IMG/VR virus record: IMGVR_UViG_3300035491_000097
Location: 1-38,265 of that record
Length of the DNA: 38,265 nucleotides
Source of the DNA: a virus
Lineage: Duplodnaviria > Caudoviricetes
Direction: 5' to 3' (one strand)
In this document: positions 33,859 through 38,265 of the stretch, piece by piece
Position numbering within the stretch: the stretch's first letter is position 1
Layout of the letters: each line of letters begins with the position of its first letter
Position numbers and translations under genes: made by a program
The notes under the pieces: generated by a model
The model's input: only the letters and a program-made list of their open reading frames with translations
Told to the model about the DNA's origin: nothing
Databases searched by the model: none

Positions 33859-34003
33859 GAGAGGTGACCGGCAGGGGAACCGGCCTTTGCCTGACACAGC
33901 AAGTTAGGCTCGTTTCGGTCATCGCCTGGGCGCTGCTCTGACCTGTTATGCGCTTTGTACCCCCCAACTGCGGTGGCGTAAACGGTGAGTTAACGCCACC
34001 CTG

Positions 34004-34051
34004 CAATGTTCCGGTTATATGATGGTTATCTGCCGCTTATCTTCCGCCAAT
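34004..34051 (-). promoter_or_regulatory. Five helically phased 11-bp repeats upstream of the late operon
   Basis: ATTGGCGGAAG/ATAAGCGGCAG/ATAACCATCAT/ATAACCGGAAC/ATTG starting at 34051, 34040, 34029, 34018, 34007. Confidence 0.55.
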
Positions 34052-34064
34052 AGCGTCTAAGGAA

Positions 34065-34556
34065 TTAAGCCACGTAACGCCCGCCATGCACCCGCTGCAT
34101 CCGGCGGCGGCATTCCAGCTCCGCCCTCACTCGCTCGTGCAGCTGCTGCACGCGCTCGTGATAGGTACGCTCCGAGCCTATCCGCACCCGCCGCATCTGC
34201 TGCTTAATCGTCGGGATCGGGTCAGGCAGGTAGCGCACCATCGCCAGCTTCACCAGCTGTGTCTCCAGGCAGAACGGCGGGCGAGTCGTGTTCCCAGCCT
34301 GCCGCCAGGCCTTCGCCAGCTTGCGGTCCTGCACCAGCCCCGCCTGCTTGAGCGTCCCGATGGCAGCATCCACCTCCTCGGCAACCTGATCGACCGCGCC
34401 AGCCAGCCCCATCGAGCCGCGACCAGAAGTGGGGATCATCCCGCCGTACTGCATCGCCACCGCCAGCGGTGACGAACCAGCCGAGCCAGGCGAACCCAGC
34501 CCGCCACGGCACCGCTCTCCCCAGTGCTGCAACAACGCCTCGACTGCCTCAATCAC
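34065..34556 (-). CDS. Putative late-gene regulator (Q-like position)
   Basis: GTG 34556 with GGAGG RBS; LL.HWG N-terminus, C-terminal HTH-like S.RTY.ER...LH; between replication and late operon. Confidence 0.65.
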   Translation of the reverse strand: MIEAVEALLQHWGERCRGGLGSPGSAGSSPLAVAMQYGGMIPTSGRGSMGLAGAVDQVAEEVDAAIGTLKQAGLVQDRKLAKAWRQAGNTTRPPFCLETQLVKLAMVRYLPDPIPTIKQQMRRVRIGSERTYHERVQQLHERVRAELECRRRMQRVHGGRYVA

Positions 34557-34890
34557 GGCCCACCTCCCCTGCAAAACCAACCCGACACACAAACGCCCAA
34601 CCCAACACAAACCCGACACACTCAAAACCCTTAAAAATCAATGCTTTCAAAGCATCTGTGTCGGGTGTGTTGGGTTTGTTGGGTTTTTCAGCCCTCGCAT
34701 AAGAAAAAAACAATGCCGCCTTCGAAACAGCCAAACGAATCGGCGCATGCACGCCTGCGCGCGCGTCAAACCCAACACACCCCGCACACACGCCGCAAAG
34801 CCCCGCCGTTTCTAGCTCCGCGCTGTGTTGGGTCGCAAAACCAAACCCGACACAACCCAACACACCCGACACACAATCGCGCGCACTCAT
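34549..34890 (-). CDS. ORF spanning the origin repeats (possibly translated)
   Basis: ATGA overlap with the primase stop and 8-nt overlap with the next start; sequence dominated by repeat-encoded VSG/VLG. Confidence 0.35.
   Translation of the reverse strand: MSARDCVSGVLGCVGFGFATQHSAELETAGLCGVCAGCVGFDARAGVHAPIRLAVSKAALFFSYARAEKPNKPNTPDTDALKALIFKGFECVGFVLGWAFVCRVGFAGEVGRD
34580..34872. repeat. Iteron array / probable replication origin
   Basis: Ten exact ACCCRACAC copies (34580, 34600, 34611, 34770, 34845, 34855, 34864 forward; 34658, 34667, 34825 reverse) plus one 1-mismatch copy, around AT-rich tracts, just downstream of the primase-helicase. Confidence 0.8.
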
Positions 34891-37592
34891 GCTGCCTTCC
34901 CCTTCACATGATCCCAGCCATCCACGTCCCAGCCCGCCTCACGCGCCTTTGCACGCCAATCCTTCACCATCTGGCCGAGCGCAGCGCTCGTCAGAGATGG
35001 GGGCAGGGAAGAGTTCGGATCGTCAGGGATGAAGAACGCGCCAAAGCGCCGTGAGTTGCCATCCGTCCAGGGGATCGGTCGCGCCGTCTTCTCCACCTCG
35101 GAACTGATGAACAGGCTGAACTTCGTCTGGCTCATCGCGTGTTCACGGTTGCGCTGGCACCACTCGAGGAACAGCGAATAGAGGTCGCTCGACAGGCAGC
35201 CACCCCACAGCCCGCGCCCCAGCTCCTGCGTACGCCACTGGTGCAGAAAGGTCTGCCAGCCGGCCCGGCTCAACGCCACCAGGCGCTGCCGCGCATCGGT
35301 ATGCGGCGGGCGCGTCCGCTCGTTGAAGTCGCCCAGGTCGACCGCCAGCAGCCACGCATACAGCGCCGCCACACCACCATTGGCCAGCTCGCGCCCGATC
35401 GCCTGCTGCCGCTCCGGCGGCAACGTCTCCTGCGGCCACATCACCAACAGCCGGCGGTCACTGTCACTGATCGGCCACGGCAGGATCTCGTTAGAGAGGA
35501 ACACCGCATTCATATGGTTGGCTTCCTCCCAACCATTGATGAACTTCGACTCCATCCGCACCGTCTTGCCGGTGATCAGATGCTTGATCTTGCCCACCTG
35601 GTTGTAACGCTGGTCGCGGCTGACCACTTCCTCGAACACCGCCCACAGCTTCCGGCTCTGCCACGCGTTGAAGTTCGATTCCAGCTGCGTCTGCCCCACC
35701 GTCGCCGCGTACTGCCCATACAGCGCCCCCATCGTGTCCGCGAAGAACAGGCTCTTACCGGAACCCTCCATCACCGAATGCATCAGCACAGCGGTGTCCA
35801 GCTTCGCGCCCGGGTGCTGCAACGGAAAGGCCAGCCACTTCGTCAGCCAGTCCAGTGCCTTGCCGTCGTGGTTACAGAGAAACGAGATCAGCCAGCGCAG
35901 GTTCTCGCACGCCGCATCATCACGCACCGGCTCCAGCGGCAGCCCCTCGAACGTGTTGATGTACGTCGCCGGGTCCTTCGTCATCGTCGGGTCGAACACG
36001 ATGTGGTCCACGTCCACCGTGCGGCGCTCAGCACTGTTGAGCCACAGCGCGTAGGCATCGCCAAGCGCCATCTTCACCGCGCCTTCCGGGATGCGCCGCT
36101 TCTTCTCGCGGTCCCACACATCCTTCGTCCCGTCGATGTACACATAGCGCTCGGTCGGCGGCATGCCCAGCGCACCGGCCTTCTTGCCCGCCATGCGCCG
36201 CGCCTGCTCGATCTCGCGCACCGCATCGGCGCCGATCAGCTTCTTGTTCGTGTCATCCAGCCAGGTCTTCGCCAGCAGCTTGCCCACCAGCGCCTCGAAG
36301 GCGGTCTTCTTCATCGCCGCTTTCTTATCCTGGTCCCATACCTGCGTCGTGCCCTCAACCAGCGCAAACCGCCGCAGCACCTGCTCGGGCGTGAAGCCCG
36401 CCCCCTGCCCCCCGGTGTCGGAGGAGCCGGCCGGCGCGGCGGCTTCATCAGCGGATGGGGCCGGGGAAGGCTTGCCAGCCGCAACAGCCGCGTCGAGCTG
36501 CTGCGCCACCGCATCCTGCCCCCACGCCACATGCACATCGTTCCAGTCCTGCCCTGCCTCGCCTTCGGCCGGCTGGGTCGGGAAGGCAGCAATGCCCCCT
36601 ACCTCACCCGCCGCCGCTTCCGCCTTCTTGCGGCCCGGGTTGCCAGGCTTCGTCGGGTCATCGTCACCGGCCACCACCAGCAGCGCATCCGGGCATTGGG
36701 CCGCCAGGTCACGCGCCACCGCCGGCATGTTGCCGGAGTCCAGCGCCATCGCCACCGGCCAGCCCATCGCCATGTGCACGCTCGCCGCCGTCGCGTAGCC
36801 CTCGGCCTCGCCGATCACCGTCGCGCCGTTCAGCTCACCCAACACATGCCGGCAACCCGCCTTGCGACCGTACTTCGGGAACAGCTTCGTGCCCTGCTCG
36901 TTGATCGCCTGCAAGCTCCACAGCTTCCCCGCCGCATCGCGCAGCGGAATGGCAATGCTGCCCTTCTTGAACATCAGAAAGCTGATCGAATCCGGCCGCG
37001 GCTTCGGCAGGTTGGCGAAAAACTCGCGCGTCTCACTGCCCACCCACACATCGCAGCGCTGCCGCTCGTCATCGATGGAAAGCACAACCGTGTAATGGAA
37101 GAAGCCAACGCCAAAAGCCCCCACCTGCTTGCGTTCCAGGTAGGGGCTTTCGCCTTGCGGCTTGCAATGCTTCGTCCAGATCAGCTCGCAAGCCTGCGCG
37201 ACGGCCTCGCGCATCACCGCCAGCCGCGCCTCGTCCGCTTCGATCTCAGCCTGCCGCACCGCCCGCCGGGCTTCCGCCTCGGCATTCAGCCGCCGTTTCT
37301 CCTCGGCAGTCATCGGCTCCCGGCGCGGCCGCCAGCCGTTGTCCTTCGCCAGTTTGATCACCGTGCCCATGCCCGTGCCGGCCTTGCGGAAGCTCCGCCA
37401 AACCGTCTTCGCATCGCCTGCGTTATACCCTGCGCCCGTCGCACTCCAAGTATCCCAGGCGTCAAAGCCGGCACTGGCGAACTCCGCCTTGATACCCATG
37501 CCCACCTGCAACCAGGTATCGCGGTCATCGGCGGGGATGTACTGCAGCAGCTCGGTCAGGTCGGCCAACGTCAGCGGTACGCGCTCAACCAC
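34887..37592 (-). CDS. Multifunctional primase-helicase (PriCT-2 + TOPRIM + SF3/D5-like helicase; P4 alpha-like)
   Basis: W.QVGM..K..WD.WS; EGYATA..DSGN..AGDDD..DWND; Walker A EGSGKS, Walker B VFEE, motif C FLSN, DRR. Confidence 0.9.
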   Translation of the reverse strand: MVERVPLTLADLTELLQYIPADDRDTWLQVGMGIKAEFASAGFDAWDTWSATGAGYNAGDAKTVWRSFRKAGTGMGTVIKLAKDNGWRPRREPMTAEEKRRLNAEAEARRAVRQAEIEADEARLAVMREAVAQACELIWTKHCKPQGESPYLERKQVGAFGVGFFHYTVVLSIDDERQRCDVWVGSETREFFANLPKPRPDSISFLMFKKGSIAIPLRDAAGKLWSLQAINEQGTKLFPKYGRKAGCRHVLGELNGATVIGEAEGYATAASVHMAMGWPVAMALDSGNMPAVARDLAAQCPDALLVVAGDDDPTKPGNPGRKKAEAAAGEVGGIAAFPTQPAEGEAGQDWNDVHVAWGQDAVAQQLDAAVAAGKPSPAPSADEAAAPAGSSDTGGQGAGFTPEQVLRRFALVEGTTQVWDQDKKAAMKKTAFEALVGKLLAKTWLDDTNKKLIGADAVREIEQARRMAGKKAGALGMPPTERYVYIDGTKDVWDREKKRRIPEGAVKMALGDAYALWLNSAERRTVDVDHIVFDPTMTKDPATYINTFEGLPLEPVRDDAACENLRWLISFLCNHDGKALDWLTKWLAFPLQHPGAKLDTAVLMHSVMEGSGKSLFFADTMGALYGQYAATVGQTQLESNFNAWQSRKLWAVFEEVVSRDQRYNQVGKIKHLITGKTVRMESKFINGWEEANHMNAVFLSNEILPWPISDSDRRLLVMWPQETLPPERQQAIGRELANGGVAALYAWLLAVDLGDFNERTRPPHTDARQRLVALSRAGWQTFLHQWRTQELGRGLWGGCLSSDLYSLFLEWCQRNREHAMSQTKFSLFISSEVEKTARPIPWTDGNSRRFGAFFIPDDPNSSLPPSLTSAALGQMVKDWRAKAREAGWDVDGWDHVKGKAA

Positions 37593-37806
37593 GCCGCACC
37601 CCCGCATTCTTCTTGTCCGCGAACGCCTGGCAGTCGGTGCACATCCGGCACCCCTTCACCGCCTCGCGCCGGGCCTGCGGAATCTCGCCGCCGCACCCTT
37701 CGCACTCGGTCAGGCTCTCACCCTGGTACTGCACGCGGCTTGCGATAAGGCGCTGCAGCTCCTCGTCCTGCTCCCGCTGGGCACGTTCGATCAGATGCTC
37801 ATCCAT
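37585..37806 (-). CDS. TraR/DksA C4 zinc-finger protein
   Basis: CEGCGGEIP.ARR.A..GC.MC.DCQ. Confidence 0.92.
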   Translation of the reverse strand: MDEHLIERAQREQDEELQRLIASRVQYQGESLTECEGCGGEIPQARREAVKGCRMCTDCQAFADKKNAGVRRG

Positions 37807-38265
37807 GGCACACTGCCTCCGCTTCCATCGCCTGCTCAGCGCCGGCCACAATCCCCAGGATCTCGCCGATCATCTTGTTCGCGTGGTAGCGCAGCGCTTC
37901 CACTTCGTGCCGCTCCCAGCAATTGTCCTCGGCGCCATCGTGCAGGCTGCCCACGAATTCGCCTTCGGCCTGCAGCAGCGCGCCCAACGCCTTCAGCGCA
38001 TCGCGTGTAGCCGGTACCGGCTGCGGCACGAACGCCACCGCGCCGGCCGGGCGCACCAACGCCGCCAGCAGGCGCGAGTCGCGCGTGGTCGCCACGATCT
38101 CTTCAAGGAACTCAGGGTGCAGCGGGCGGTTGCCCGTGGGGTTGACGCGCTTGCTCAGCTCGTCGGGGTCGATGCCGATGGTCAGTGCCACCGCGTTCTG
38201 CCCACCCACCGCATCGCGCGTGGCGCGGTACAGCGCCTGGCGGGTGGTCAGCACCGGGCCGGCGC
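37799..38265 (-). CDS. Phage CII-like regulatory protein (5' end probably outside the window)
   Basis: GG..AVA..IG.....L...VNP HTH followed by a helical domain with EGE....L.D; typical position upstream of replication genes. Confidence 0.7.
   Translation of the reverse strand, partial: AGPVLTTRQALYRATRDAVGGQNAVALTIGIDPDELSKRVNPTGNRPLHPEFLEEIVATTRDSRLLAALVRPAGAVAFVPQPVPATRDALKALGALLQAEGEFVGSLHDGAEDNCWERHEVEALRYHANKMIGEILGIVAGAEQAMEAEAVCHG

Larger units (their letters stand above)
1..38265. mobile_element. Temperate phage genome (lambda-like head, P2-like contractile tail, P4-like integrase and primase), near complete, with attP joined
   Basis: Continuous phage modules across the window, no host housekeeping genes, phage genes on both sides of the att core. 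Confidence 0.95.

Noticed and set aside
33860-33940. Hammerhead ribozyme or c-di-GMP riboswitch in the late leader
   Set aside because: GATGA..GAAAC and GCAAAG fragments are present, but the required CUGANGA core and riboswitch stems are not
34580-34872. CRISPR array
   Set aside because: Repeats are 9-11 bp, in both orientations, irregularly spaced, with no cas genes
10890-37748. Long plus-strand ORFs (e.g. 18954-21584, 25141-26922, 28273-29871, 35139-37748)
   Set aside because: Antisense shadows of GC-rich minus-strand genes with no recognisable motifs

Overview
The whole window is an almost complete genome of a temperate, high-GC, Pseudomonas-type myophage; only the cI/cro immunity region appears to lie outside it. 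The early operon (+, 1-3991: DUF2303, DEDDh exonuclease, HNH, AlpA-type excisionase) converges on a P4-type tyrosine integrase. Next comes an intact attP (3' half of tRNA-Gly(CCC) with arm-type repeats on both sides), so this is the excised or virion configuration rather than an integrated prophage. On the minus strand, reading from the right end: CII-like regulator, TraR/DksA finger, primase-helicase, iteron origin, putative late regulator, holin, lambda-like packaging/head module, P2-like contractile tail, GH19 endolysin and Rz/Rz1. The strongest signal is a complete diversity-generating retroelement (DGR: tail fibre VR, hairpin, avd, TR, RT) whose 121-bp TR/VR pair differs at 10 positions, all TR adenines. 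Less obvious signals are a prfB-like +1 frameshift cassette in the tail chaperone gene, a P22 immI-like mnt/arc/ant cassette with a predicted sar-like antisense RNA, 11-bp phased repeats and a structured leader at the late promoter, and gene order resembling Pseudomonas R-type tailocin loci. Family assignments are from motif recognition and synteny only; no database search was run.
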